Counted from the stretch's first letter, positions 36,462-46,639 are shown. The stretch: DNA of 64,000 nucleotides from an uncultured Clostridia bacterium (GCA_947625485.1 CANQOP010000007.1:9330-73329); one strand, 5' to 3'. Made by a program: numbers and translations. Notes: generated from the letters alone by a model not told the origin.

Positions 36462-36545
36462 TTGACAAACTGCCTTTCTGGGTATATACTAAACGCGATG
36501 ACACAGCAACGGCGCTGCGAGCATAATGCTCACAGCGCCGTTTTT
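36462..36545 (+). promoter_or_regulatory. glnA promoter and ANTAR-type attenuator
   Basis: TTGACA-N17-TATACT; hairpin CAGC-AACGGC-GCTG overlaps terminator ACGGCGCTG...CAGCGCCGT-TTTT. Confidence 0.75.
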
Positions 36546-36577
36546 GTATTACAAAATTTTTAAGGAGAGTAATTGAA

Positions 36578-38671
36578 ATGGTAAATGTTCCTGAATTATT
36601 CGGATGCAACGTCTTTAACGATGACGTAATGAGAGAACGACTCCCTAAGCCTGTTTACAAGGCGCTCAAGAAAACCATCCAAGACGGCGCTACGCTCGAC
36701 GAAAGCGTTGCGAACGCTGTAGCTCACGCTATGAAGGAATGGGCAATTGAAAAGGGATGCACTCACTTTACTCACTGGTTTCAGCCGCTAACGGGAGTTA
36801 CCGCCGAAAAGCACGACAGCTTTATCACTCCCGACGGCGACGGCAAGGTAATTATGACCTTCAGCGGCAAAGAACTCATTAAGGGCGAGCCTGACGCGTC
36901 CTCTTTCCCGAGCGGCGGCATCCGCGCTACTTTCGAGGCGAGAGGCTACACGGCGTGGGATCCTACTTCCCCTGCTTTCGCTAAGGACGGAACCTTATAT
37001 ATCCCGACGGCATTCCTTTCCTACACAGGCGAAGTTCTCGATAAGAAAACCCCGCTTTTACGCTCTATGGAAAGTATTTCCAAAGAGGCTGTCCGTATTC
37101 TTCATATGTTCGGCAAGACCGACGTTACCCGCGTTATGACCACGGTAGGTCCCGAACAGGAGTACTTCCTTATTGACAAAGATATGTACGAGGCACGTCC
37201 CGACCTAATCTTCACGGGTCGTACACTCTTCGGCGCAAAGGCTCCCAAGGGTCAGGAGCTCGACGACCACTACTTCGGCTCTATCAAAACCAGGATCGCT
37301 CAGTTTATGGCTGAACTCGATAAAGAGCTTTGGTCATACGGAATTTACTCAAAAACAAAGCACAACGAGGTTGCTCCGTCACAGCACGAGGTTGCTCCTA
37401 TTTTTACAACAACCAACGTAGCTGTCGATAACAACGAGCTTCTTATGGAAATACTCAAGAAAACCGCTGAGAAGTTTAACCTTGTATGTCTTCTCCACGA
37501 GAAGCCGTTCGCAGGCGTAAACGGCTCGGGCAAGCACAACAACTGGTCAATCACCACCAACACAGGCGAAAACCTCTTAAATCCGGGCAAAAACCCCTCC
37601 GAAAACACTCAGTTCCTTCTTTTCCTTGCGGCTATCGTAAAGGGCGTTGACGAGTATCAGGATCTTCTCAGAATTTCCGTAGCGTCCGCAGGAAACGACC
37701 ACCGTCTCGGCGCTAACGAGGCGCCTCCCGCAATCATATCTATGTTCCTCGGCGACGACCTCGGCGCTGTTGTAAGCTCAATAGAGGTTGGAGAAGAGCA
37801 CGAGAGCGAAGGCAAAAAGACTATGGACCTCGGAGTTGAAGTTCTCCCCTCCGTAAGAAAGGATACTACCGACCGCAACCGCACCTCGCCGTTCGCATTT
37901 ACAGGTAACCGTTTCGAGTTCAGAATGTTGGGCTCTGCCGTTAATATCGCGGGTCCTAACATCATTCTCAACACAATCGTGGCAGAGGAGCTCAAACAGT
38001 TCGCCGACCGTCTGGAGGGCGTTAAAAATTTCGATAAGGAAGTCAGAAAAATTATCGCAAAGACATTTAAAGAGCACGACAGAATTATCTTTAACGGCGA
38101 TAACTACTCCGACGACTGGGTTGCGGAGGCAGAGAGACGCGGACTTCTTAACCTCAAGAGCGTTCCGAAAGCTGTTAAGCACTACATTGATGAGAAGAAC
38201 GTAAAGCTCTTCACAGAAAACAATGTATTCAGCAAAGAGGAGCTCCACGCACGCTACGAGGTTGAACTTGAAAACTATGCTAAGCTAATCAACATCGAGG
38301 CTCTCACAATGCTCGATATGGCGAAGAAGGATATTATTCCCGCCGTCACTTCCTATGTAAGAGAGCTCACAGACACCGCTCTCGCTAAGCAGGCGCTCTC
38401 TTCTGAAATTCCCGTAACTCTCGAGACAAAGCTGATCACAGACCTAAGCCAGAAGCTCGTATGCTTCTCGGATAAAATTAGTGACCTTGAAAACGACCTC
38501 ATAAAGGCAGGCGAGCTTGAAAGCGATATGCAGGCTTACGCCGACTTCTACTGCGATACGGTGTTTGCGGATATGCAGGCGCTCAGAGCAATCGGCGACG
38601 ATATGGAAACGGAAACCGCTTCCGATTACTGGCCCTATCCTTCCTACGGCGAAATGCTGTTCGGCGTTTGA
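36578..38671 (+). CDS. glnA: Glutamine synthetase type III
   Basis: 697 aa; [52 protein letters not shown]. Confidence 0.96.
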   Translation: MVNVPELFGCNVFNDDVMRERLPKPVYKALKKTIQDGATLDESVANAVAHAMKEWAIEKGCTHFTHWFQPLTGVTAEKHDSFITPDGDGKVIMTFSGKELIKGEPDASSFPSGGIRATFEARGYTAWDPTSPAFAKDGTLYIPTAFLSYTGEVLDKKTPLLRSMESISKEAVRILHMFGKTDVTRVMTTVGPEQEYFLIDKDMYEARPDLIFTGRTLFGAKAPKGQELDDHYFGSIKTRIAQFMAELDKELWSYGIYSKTKHNEVAPSQHEVAPIFTTTNVAVDNNELLMEILKKTAEKFNLVCLLHEKPFAGVNGSGKHNNWSITTNTGENLLNPGKNPSENTQFLLFLAAIVKGVDEYQDLLRISVASAGNDHRLGANEAPPAIISMFLGDDLGAVVSSIEVGEEHESEGKKTMDLGVEVLPSVRKDTTDRNRTSPFAFTGNRFEFRMLGSAVNIAGPNIILNTIVAEELKQFADRLEGVKNFDKEVRKIIAKTFKEHDRIIFNGDNYSDDWVAEAERRGLLNLKSVPKAVKHYIDEKNVKLFTENNVFSKEELHARYEVELENYAKLINIEALTMLDMAKKDIIPAVTSYVRELTDTALAKQALSSEIPVTLETKLITDLSQKLVCFSDKISDLENDLIKAGELESDMQAYADFYCDTVFADMQALRAIGDDMETETASDYWPYPSYGEMLFGV

Positions 38672-38703
38672 TATATTTTGAAGATACAATCTAATAACAC
38701 ACC

Positions 38704-38731
38704 AGGGTGCGCTGATTTGCGCACCCTTTTT
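38704..38731 (+). terminator. Terminator after glnA
   Basis: AGGGTGCGC-tgattt-GCGCACCCT followed by a T-run. Confidence 0.85.
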
Positions 38732-38774
38732 GTTGTGCATTTAATTATTAATAAAATTAAAATTTTTTAAATCT

Positions 38775-38812
38775 TGAAACTTTTTTCCTCTTTTCTGACG
38801 CTACTATAGTAG
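38775..38812 (+). promoter_or_regulatory. Putative ECF-sigma promoter with palindrome, copy 1
   Basis: TGAAAC-N16-GACG followed by the perfect palindrome CTACTATAGTAG. Confidence 0.5.
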
Positions 38813-38989
38813 AATAGAGTTTTTTAATATCTGTTCACAAAATTGTGCGCGAAATTTATTGCGTATTGCACAATCAGCAGTTAGTAAATTCTGTATATCT
38901 TACAATTGAATTTTAAATATCTTGGTGATAATATTTAATTATAGAAAACATTTTCTCTTATTCAAAATAATATAAAGGAGGAAAACATT

Positions 38990-40240
38990 ATGAAAAAAGT
39001 TATTTGCGGTATATTATCTATCGTTATTTTGTCAAGTTCACTATTATTGCCAACTACAACTTTCGCTGCCGATGAGGACAATAATAGCGGATTCGTTACA
39101 AAAGAAGAAGTTTTACAACGGCTTCACGACAAATACGGTGACGATCCATTTCCCAATGCGGCGGAAAGCGGCTCATGGGGGTTTGAGGATTTAGAAGAAG
39201 CACCGGAATTTGGCTCGCTTATTCCTGATATTGACGGATCGGTTGCTTCACCTCTATGGGGAACCACACAAGATAAAACTGTAAAAGAAAAAAATCATGC
39301 GTACGGCACTCATGGTTACATTATCGAACAAGCAAACGCAGAATGTACAGAAGGAAATATACCCGATAAATATATTAATCTTGTTTACGAAATTACAAAG
39401 CGTTGCGACTCAGAATATGGCAATGGAGGCAACGATGACGAGCATTGCAGAGCCTTTCACGGTAAGGGAAATTATATTGCCAACATTACGTTTCTTTGGA
39501 AATTTTCAAGGCTGATTAAACAAAAACATTCAGATTATGACGACAAAAAAGCTACAAAAAAAGAAGAATTTATAGATGAAATGGCTGAGTCGGCGTACAA
39601 AGAAGTAAAAAAACCGTCAGATCAAACAGATAAAAACATTTTAAAAGAATTACGTGAAAGAGCATCCGAATTTGTCATAAAATACTATAAAACTACATCA
39701 TCCGTTGGGGAACCACCAAAAAATAAAACTCAAACGTGGAACGGCAGATGTAGGTACATAATATACGGTATGGTTATGCACAGTATAGGTGATGTTTATG
39801 CTCATACGGTTATGTTTAAGAAAAATGCAGCAGATAAATTGAAAGAAAAAGCAACATTAACAAAGGCTCAACAAAAAAAGTATTTAGATTACTCATATTT
39901 AAAAACTCTTAATATCACTAACAATGAAATTAATAATATAATTAAAGCGGTATCTGGTGAAAACACAGAATATTCTGATGGCATACCTATGTATATAATT
40001 AAGAAGTTCATCAATGGCGATTCTAAAAGGAAGAAAGTACATAAAAAATACGCAGATAATCCCGAATTTTATGATGAGCGTGTTGAGGAAGCAATATTGG
40101 CAGCATGGTATTTCATAGAAGGATATGACTTAGTACTTTATTCTATAGACGAATATGCTTACGAAGCGGCAGAATGTCTTGAACCAGCCAGCTATAAGCT
40201 TTATAAATTTAATGCTTATAAAAAAGAATTAGATATCTAA
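38990..40240 (+). CDS. Secreted protein with Zn-dependent phospholipase C / P1 nuclease-like motifs
   Basis: Signal peptide, acidic pro-region, W90..GTH108GYIIEQA, GMVMH264SIGD268VYAH272, H351KKYAD. Confidence 0.6.
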   Translation: MKKVICGILSIVILSSSLLLPTTTFAADEDNNSGFVTKEEVLQRLHDKYGDDPFPNAAESGSWGFEDLEEAPEFGSLIPDIDGSVASPLWGTTQDKTVKEKNHAYGTHGYIIEQANAECTEGNIPDKYINLVYEITKRCDSEYGNGGNDDEHCRAFHGKGNYIANITFLWKFSRLIKQKHSDYDDKKATKKEEFIDEMAESAYKEVKKPSDQTDKNILKELRERASEFVIKYYKTTSSVGEPPKNKTQTWNGRCRYIIYGMVMHSIGDVYAHTVMFKKNAADKLKEKATLTKAQQKKYLDYSYLKTLNITNNEINNIIKAVSGENTEYSDGIPMYIIKKFINGDSKRKKVHKKYADNPEFYDERVEEAILAAWYFIEGYDLVLYSIDEYAYEAAECLEPASYKLYKFNAYKKELDI

Positions 40241-40263
40241 AATTTTATTAGGAGAAAAATATT

Positions 40264-41625
40264 ATGAAAAAAATATCACTTATAATGGCATTGATAATAC
40301 TGCTTAGCGCGTTATTTTCTGTCCCCGCAAATGCTATGGACAATGATTATCTGAATGAAACTATAGACGGATTTACATTTCACTACCGCATAATCGATAA
40401 TAAATACGTCGAAATAGTTGATACCAGCGGAAGAGATACCCGTGGAAGAGGAGTTAATTTTATCCCGGAGAAGCTCGGCGGTTATCCTGTCACGATTATT
40501 GGTTACCATGCATTTGCCTTTCCTTCAGACGTCCTTATAGAATTGGACGATGAAAGTACATTTGATTTGGTTATACCTGACACAGTCACTTGTATAAGAG
40601 AATATGCCTTTTCCGGCAATATTTTTCTCGGAACTGTTAAAATACCATCAAGCGTTACATATATAGGTGAAGGAGCTTTCCAAGAGTGTGTTAGTCTTAG
40701 GAAAATAAATATTCCTGAGTCGGTAAATAGGATTGAGCCAACCACATTTATAAGCTGCGCAAAACTAAAAAAGATTACCTTGCACGATGGTATAAAAAAA
40801 ATCGGTAACGCTGCTTTTTTAGGTTGCAAATCGCTGACTAAATTTACCGTTCCCTCTGAATTAAACAAACTAGGTGACAGGGCATTCTATCATTGTAAAT
40901 CACTAAAATCAATGGATTTTAATGATACTGATACTATATTAGGATACCAAAGCTTAGGATACTATAACACGCGAGGAGGATGGGACGACGGATATTACGG
41001 CGATACTACGACTATTCGTGATGAAACAACTAAAAAGTACGGAAATTTCAAAATAATTTGTAATGATACTTTTGGTTACACTAATCTTAAGGAATATGCC
41101 CAGAAAAATGGCTTTAAATACCTGGTAAGCAGTTCGAGCGAAAGCACAGATCTCGGCGCTTGTGAATCGGGCGATACACGCACATTATATATCGACCGCG
41201 AAAGGCTGACCGATTATAAAACCTCAAATCCGAAAATAATCAAGCTGACAAAAAAGGGCAAGCTGACGGCGCTCAAAAAGGGTACGGCTACTGTAAAAGT
41301 TACTTTGCCGAGCGGAAAAAGATACAAGGGAACTATCGAAGTTACCAACGACCCCGTACTCAAGCAAAAGGTCACTAAAGGCAAAAAGGCAACGTACAAA
41401 ATGGCAAAGACGGTTTTCGTTAAACATGGAAAAACCGTGAGCGTGAAAGTCTTTGGCAAAGCTAAGTCGATAAAAAATCAGTACACATCTACCTCAAAAG
41501 CTCAGATTGTCTCCAAAAAAAATGATAACATTATTAAAATCAAAGGAAAAACCAGAGGTACATCTACAGTTAAGGTAAAAGTAAACGGTGTTAAAACTCT
41601 TAGTCTTAAAGTAAAAGTTATATAA
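40264..41625 (+). CDS. Secreted BspA-type LRR protein with C-terminal Lys-rich Ig-like domains
   Basis: Signal peptide, IPxSVTYIGxxAF repeats, YKTSNPKIIKLTKKGKLTALKKG.ATVKV Big_2-like motif. Confidence 0.85.
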   Translation: MKKISLIMALIILLSALFSVPANAMDNDYLNETIDGFTFHYRIIDNKYVEIVDTSGRDTRGRGVNFIPEKLGGYPVTIIGYHAFAFPSDVLIELDDESTFDLVIPDTVTCIREYAFSGNIFLGTVKIPSSVTYIGEGAFQECVSLRKINIPESVNRIEPTTFISCAKLKKITLHDGIKKIGNAAFLGCKSLTKFTVPSELNKLGDRAFYHCKSLKSMDFNDTDTILGYQSLGYYNTRGGWDDGYYGDTTTIRDETTKKYGNFKIICNDTFGYTNLKEYAQKNGFKYLVSSSSESTDLGACESGDTRTLYIDRERLTDYKTSNPKIIKLTKKGKLTALKKGTATVKVTLPSGKRYKGTIEVTNDPVLKQKVTKGKKATYKMAKTVFVKHGKTVSVKVFGKAKSIKNQYTSTSKAQIVSKKNDNIIKIKGKTRGTSTVKVKVNGVKTLSLKVKVI

Positions 41626-41707
41626 CAGCATACGCTGTCATTACGGACAGTCTTTTGCTTATTGACTGTACTTCAGCATATATTTTCTTGAAAAGATTTT
41701 TAAATTT

Positions 41708-41745
41708 TGAAACTTTTTTCAGCTTTTCTGACTCTACTATAGTAG
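41708..41745 (+). promoter_or_regulatory. Putative ECF-sigma promoter with palindrome, copy 2
   Basis: TGAAAC-N16-GACT plus CTACTATAGTAG; same spacing as copy 1 with three mismatches. Confidence 0.5.
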
Positions 41746-41782
41746 AAGAGAAATTTTTAAATCTCGTAAGGAGGAAAACACT

Positions 41783-43090
41783 ATGAAAAAATTATCCCTA
41801 ATAATAGCATTAGTAATACTTTTGAGCGCGGTTTTTTCCGCTCCTGCATATGCATGGCCTAACGCAAAAGAAATAATTATAGACGATGCTCAATTTTATT
41901 ATCGCATAATTGATAACAAGTACGCTGAAATAGTTCGTGGGTCTCATTTTGTTCCCGAAAAAATTGACGGGTATCCTGTTATGATTATAGACGAGGGGGC
42001 ATTTAGGGGTTATTATAATTTGGATGGCGATTATGAGCCAGAAGAAGATGAAGAAATCAGAGACTGGGTTATACCCGACACCGTAACATATATAGGAGAT
42101 CGCGCCTTTGAGAGAAACCCTGAAATCGGAACAGTTAAAATACCGTCGAGCGTCACATATATAGGTAAAGACGCTTTCAACTTCTGTGTAAACCTTAAAG
42201 AAATAAATATTCCCGAGTCTATAAGGCATATAAGAGCGAGAACTTTTTATATGTGCTTAGATTTAAAGAAAATTACACTTCATAATAATATAGAAGAAAT
42301 CGGAGATTCTGCTTTTGATTCTTGCATTTCGCTTACTGAATTTCAAATCCCTTCCGAGTTATGGGAGCTGGGCGACAAAGCGTTTTTATCCTGCTCACGC
42401 CTCAAATCGTTAGATTTTTCTAATACTTCAGCATCATTAGGAAAATATAGTGTGGGATATGACGAAGTACTCTTAAAAAAATATAAAAAAATAAAAAATT
42501 TTAAAATTATTGGTGCCGGTGGTAACGGAGGCGGCTATGAAGACAGCCCTAAAAAATACGCGTACAAAAACGGTTTTAAATTATATATAACCAGACCGAG
42601 TACAGACTCAAATATCGGTTCTTATGAGTCCGGCGACTCATTCACTCTGCGTATTGATAACGAAAAGCTCAGCGATTACAAAACCTCAAAGCCGAAAATA
42701 ATTAAGCTGACCAAAAACGGAAAGCTGACGGCTCTGAAAAAGGGTACGGCTACTGTAAAAGTTACTTTGCCGAGCGGAAAAGTTTATAAAGGTATTATCA
42801 AGGTAATTAATAATCCCGTCCTCAAGAAAAAAGCGACAAGCGGAGAAAACAAAGGAGAATACGAAGCGGTTAAATCCATTTCCGTTAAACAGGGAAAGAC
42901 CGTGAGCGTTAAACTGTTCGGAAAGGCTAAGTCGATAAAAAATCAGTACACATCTACCTCAAAAGCTCAGATTGTCTCCAAAAAAAATGATGACATTATT
43001 AAAATCAAGGGAAAAGCCAAAGGTACATCTACAGTTAAGGTAAAAGTAAACGGCGTTAAAACTCTTAAACTAAAGGTAATTGTTAAATAA
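41783..43090 (+). CDS. Paralogous secreted BspA-type LRR protein with C-terminal Ig-like domains
   Basis: Same architecture as 40264-41625; near-identical 3' end. Confidence 0.85.
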   Translation: MKKLSLIIALVILLSAVFSAPAYAWPNAKEIIIDDAQFYYRIIDNKYAEIVRGSHFVPEKIDGYPVMIIDEGAFRGYYNLDGDYEPEEDEEIRDWVIPDTVTYIGDRAFERNPEIGTVKIPSSVTYIGKDAFNFCVNLKEINIPESIRHIRARTFYMCLDLKKITLHNNIEEIGDSAFDSCISLTEFQIPSELWELGDKAFLSCSRLKSLDFSNTSASLGKYSVGYDEVLLKKYKKIKNFKIIGAGGNGGGYEDSPKKYAYKNGFKLYITRPSTDSNIGSYESGDSFTLRIDNEKLSDYKTSKPKIIKLTKNGKLTALKKGTATVKVTLPSGKVYKGIIKVINNPVLKKKATSGENKGEYEAVKSISVKQGKTVSVKLFGKAKSIKNQYTSTSKAQIVSKKNDDIIKIKGKAKGTSTVKVKVNGVKTLKLKVIVK

Positions 43091-43152
43091 AAACGTATAA
43101 CGCACAAAAGGGTCGGGATAATCTCCCGATCCTTAAACATTGCGTTTTTCAA

Positions 43153-43635
43153 TTAAAAAGTATCCTCGTCGGCTGTCTCAGCGTCAGCGGTAACGTTCTC
43201 CTGCGAGGTTTCCTCTAATTTCTCCTCCGCCTTAAACGGAATTTCCTCGTACTCGTCCTCGTTGGAGCACGCAACGGTGATATCCTCTAGATCCTCTACA
43301 CTGTACTTGCTCTCGTTCTCAACGGTCTGCATCTCGACAATTTTGCGGTAACGCTCACGTGCCTTGCGAATTTGCGCCTTACTGTTCTCAATAATTTTGA
43401 ACAATTCTTCCTCGTTATCGCAGGTGTCGGTTTTGTTGTTCATCTTGTTCTCATAGTACTTCTTGCCCAGAGTGATGTAAGCGCGGTTAATCATCTCGCA
43501 CTCATTCTTCATAATAGTACGCAGTCGATTGAGCTGAGCGTTTACTCTGTTCTTCTCAACAAGAGTCTGGGTAATTCCTGATACGGTATCCACAGCCGTG
43601 GACAGTCCGTTTTTAACTGAATCTAAAAAAGCCAT
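43153..43635 (-). CDS. Hypothetical coiled-coil protein with acidic tail
   Basis: AGGAG RBS, helical N-terminus (AY..LGKKYYE), D/E-rich C-terminus. Confidence 0.7.
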   Translation of the reverse strand: MAFLDSVKNGLSTAVDTVSGITQTLVEKNRVNAQLNRLRTIMKNECEMINRAYITLGKKYYENKMNNKTDTCDNEEELFKIIENSKAQIRKARERYRKIVEMQTVENESKYSVEDLEDITVACSNEDEYEEIPFKAEEKLEETSQENVTADAETADEDTF

Positions 43636-43780
43636 AACATTTTCTCCTTATGTTATTATATTATATAAAATCCTCATTACTATTATTGCAGAAAATTCGC
43701 AATAAATCAATGTTTTTTTAAAAATTACTTGCCCATTTCTTTTCGCCGTGTTAAAATATTATCGGAAATGGGGTATTTGA

Positions 43781-44482
43781 ATGGCCAACTCAAATATAAT
43801 CAGAAAGAAGATAGTCTGCCCTAAGTGCGACGAGGTCACCGAGGCAACTTTATACACAAGCATAAATGTGACAAATCACAAGGAGCTTCGGGAGCGCGCC
43901 ATGGACGAAAGCCTGTTTAAGTGGACGTGTAAAAGCTGCGGTCACGTTGCGAGGCTTACATATCCCGTGCTATATAACGATATGAAAAACCGCTTTATGG
44001 TCTACCTTATTCCCAACATTGGTCACTTCCAGCTCGCCGACAAGGCACTTGAGGAGGAGTTCAAGACGCTCAAGCACATTAACAAACGCATAGTTCCCGA
44101 CTTCAACACTTTTAAGGAGAAGATTTTTATTTTTGAAAGCGGTCTTGACGATATGGCAGTAGAGCTTACGAAGCTCGCTATCTCGCAGGCTGTAGCTAAA
44201 AAGCACAAGCTTAACGGAGTTACGGAGGGTTATCTCTCTATGTATAACAGCGAAAACAATACTATGGGCTTTACTTACTTCGTAGGTGAGGAAAAGAAAC
44301 CGTATGTACAAAGCGCCCGTCTCGAGATTTACGGCAAATCTTTCAGTGTTGTAAACGAGCTTGCGGTAAAGGACAAAAAGCTAAAGGGGTTTATCCGTAT
44401 TGACCGCGAATGGGCAGAAAACATACTCTATCGCTATAAACGCGGCAGACAGGCCGCAAGACAAAACCAAAACAAAGAATAA
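43781..44482 (+). CDS. CpXC domain protein
   Basis: CPKC...CKSCG zinc-ribbon pair, LYTSINVT, YPVLYND. Confidence 0.8.
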   Translation: MANSNIIRKKIVCPKCDEVTEATLYTSINVTNHKELRERAMDESLFKWTCKSCGHVARLTYPVLYNDMKNRFMVYLIPNIGHFQLADKALEEEFKTLKHINKRIVPDFNTFKEKIFIFESGLDDMAVELTKLAISQAVAKKHKLNGVTEGYLSMYNSENNTMGFTYFVGEEKKPYVQSARLEIYGKSFSVVNELAVKDKKLKGFIRIDREWAENILYRYKRGRQAARQNQNKE

Positions 44483-44578
44483 CAACGGTCGGCAGGTTTA
44501 TGATACCTGCCGATTTTTAATGCCCGCTTTATTGCAATTTCCCGCTAAGTATGGTACAATATTTGTCGGCTTATGCCG

Positions 44579-44641
44579 AGTCTGTTCGCAATATCCAGAC
44601 TTATACTAAAGAGATTTAGTATTAAATCAAAACTACGGAGG
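44579..44641 (+). promoter_or_regulatory. Probable preQ1-I riboswitch with an extra hairpin in the A-rich tail
   Basis: Stem AGTCTG/CAGACT, loop TTCGCAATATC, tail AAAACTACGGAGG overlapping the RBS of queT; TTGCAA-N17-TACAAT promoter upstream. Confidence 0.6.
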
Positions 44642-44650
44642 AAAATTAAA

Positions 44651-45190
44651 ATGAAAAAAACGACGGTCTATACCGTTCAGGGCGCGGTAATCGCCGCCCT
44701 TTACGCGGTACTGACAGTAGGGCAGAATGTACTCCTGCCCGGAACTGCCTCAATGTCAGTACAGTTTCGAGTTGCAGAGGTGCTCACTATCCTCGCGCTC
44801 TATACGCCTGCGGCTATCCCCGGACTTACTGTCGGCTGTATTATAGCCAACATCAGCTCAGTCACGGCAGGCCTCGGCTTCTACGATATGATTTTTGGCT
44901 CACTCGCAAGTCTGCTCGCGGCTCTGACTATGCACGCGCTCAGGGATATGAGAATAAAAGGACTTCCGATTCTTTCAGCGCTTATGCCCGCAATTTTCAA
45001 CGGTCTTATCGTCGGATTTGAAATTGATTTCTTTTTTATAAGCAACCTCAGCTTTAACTTCGCCGATTTTCTCGTTCAGGGCGGTTTCGTTGCTCTCGGA
45101 GAGCTCGGGGTACTCATAGTCCTCGGACTGCCTCTCTCGGTACTTATTGAGAAAACAGCATTAGACAGGAAAATACTTTCCGTCGGGTAA
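44651..45190 (+). CDS. queT: QueT-family queuosine-precursor transporter
   Basis: AVIAALYAVLT, VQFRVAE.L..L, GLTVGC.IAN, DMIFGSLA; ATG at 44651. Confidence 0.85.
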   Translation: MKKTTVYTVQGAVIAALYAVLTVGQNVLLPGTASMSVQFRVAEVLTILALYTPAAIPGLTVGCIIANISSVTAGLGFYDMIFGSLASLLAALTMHALRDMRIKGLPILSALMPAIFNGLIVGFEIDFFFISNLSFNFADFLVQGGFVALGELGVLIVLGLPLSVLIEKTALDRKILSVG

Positions 45191-45292
45191 AATAACCTAA
45201 ATAAAACCTTAGATATTGCGCAAGCCGACCGATTTTTTCGGTCGGCTTTAATTAATATTTTCCTTTAATCTAAAGACCTTTTACTGATTGTT

Positions 45293-46639
45293 CTAAGTAC
45301 ATTTTAGCGGTTTCCTTCGCATATATACATACAAAAAGGCGCATATAATTACAGACAAAGCCGAGCCGGTACAGGTCGCTAAACCCATTGGCAAAAGCGT
45401 ATCCGAAAACATTTTTGACGCCAGGTACGCGAGCGGAATACGCGCGAGTGAAATTGATATTATATTGTGCACAAACGAAAATCCCGACCGTCCGTAAGCG
45501 CAGAAATAGCCGCTGAAGCAGAAGTGAATACCCGCGAGAATAACGTCCAAAACATAGCCGCGCATATACTGTCCGCCCAGTACGGCAACCTTTTCGCTGT
45601 CCGTAAAAAGTCCGACAAATACCTCGGCTGAAAGCTCCATAACAATAACGCACAATATGCCCCACGCTATTGAAATAAGAATACCGTATCGCAGTGTTCT
45701 GTCTGCACGGTCGTGCTTTTTTGCGCCGATATTCTGAGCCGCAAGAGCCGAAACCGTAGAGAGCATAGACGACGGCACAAGGAAAAGAACGCTTATCATT
45801 TTTTCTACTATGCCGACTGCCGCGGAGTCGTTAAGTCCGCGGCTGTTTGCGATTGCCGTTATTACAAGGAAAGCAATCTGAATAAAACCGTCCTGCAAGG
45901 CTATGGGAATACCGATTTTCAGAATATTCGCAACGGCTGACTTATCGGGTTTTAAATCGTTTTTTTTAATGCTTATTCCCGTTTTCCGGCGTCTTATAAC
46001 AAACAACGCTATTATAACGCTCAGAGTCTGCGCGAGCGTTGTACCGAGCGCCGCGCCCGCTGTTCCAAGTCCGAAAGCTCCGATAAATATGTAGTCAAGG
46101 ACAATATTTGACGCGCAGGCGACAGCTATAAAATACATAGGGCTTTTTGAGTCGCCAAGTCCCCGGAAAACTGAGCTTATTATGTTGTACGCCGTAATAA
46201 AGGGCACACCGAGAAAGCAAATCAGAAGGTAGTTTTCGGTCTCCGTAACCGCCTCAAAAGGCGTAGCAACGGCGGCTACTATCGGTTTAACCGACAGCGC
46301 AAGCACAGCAGTAAGCACGAGCGACAGCACAGTAAAAAGCGTTATAGTGTTTCCTATGTATCCTTCTGTCTCTCGCCTGTTGTTTGCACCGACAGCCCTG
46401 CCTATCATAACTGTCGAGCCCATAGCAAGACCGACAATAATCACAGTGAGCATATGCATAATCTGACTGCCGACGGATACGGCAGTCGTGCTCTCTACCC
46501 CGTTAAACTGACCGATAATAAAAAGGTCTGCCATTCCGTATAGGGTCTGTAAAAAATATGACAGAAAAAACGGCAGAGAAAACCGCACCACCGTTTTAAA
46601 CACGCTTCCCGTCGTCAGATTTCTTTCCATATCTATCAC
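45293..46639 (-). CDS. MATE family efflux transporter
   Basis: LQTLYGMADLFIIG, RGLGDSKSP, two-repeat 12-TM pattern. Confidence 0.92.
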   Translation of the reverse strand: MIDMERNLTTGSVFKTVVRFSLPFFLSYFLQTLYGMADLFIIGQFNGVESTTAVSVGSQIMHMLTVIIVGLAMGSTVMIGRAVGANNRRETEGYIGNTITLFTVLSLVLTAVLALSVKPIVAAVATPFEAVTETENYLLICFLGVPFITAYNIISSVFRGLGDSKSPMYFIAVACASNIVLDYIFIGAFGLGTAGAALGTTLAQTLSVIIALFVIRRRKTGISIKKNDLKPDKSAVANILKIGIPIALQDGFIQIAFLVITAIANSRGLNDSAAVGIVEKMISVLFLVPSSMLSTVSALAAQNIGAKKHDRADRTLRYGILISIAWGILCVIVMELSAEVFVGLFTDSEKVAVLGGQYMRGYVLDVILAGIHFCFSGYFCAYGRSGFSFVHNIISISLARIPLAYLASKMFSDTLLPMGLATCTGSALSVIICAFLYVYMRRKPLKCT

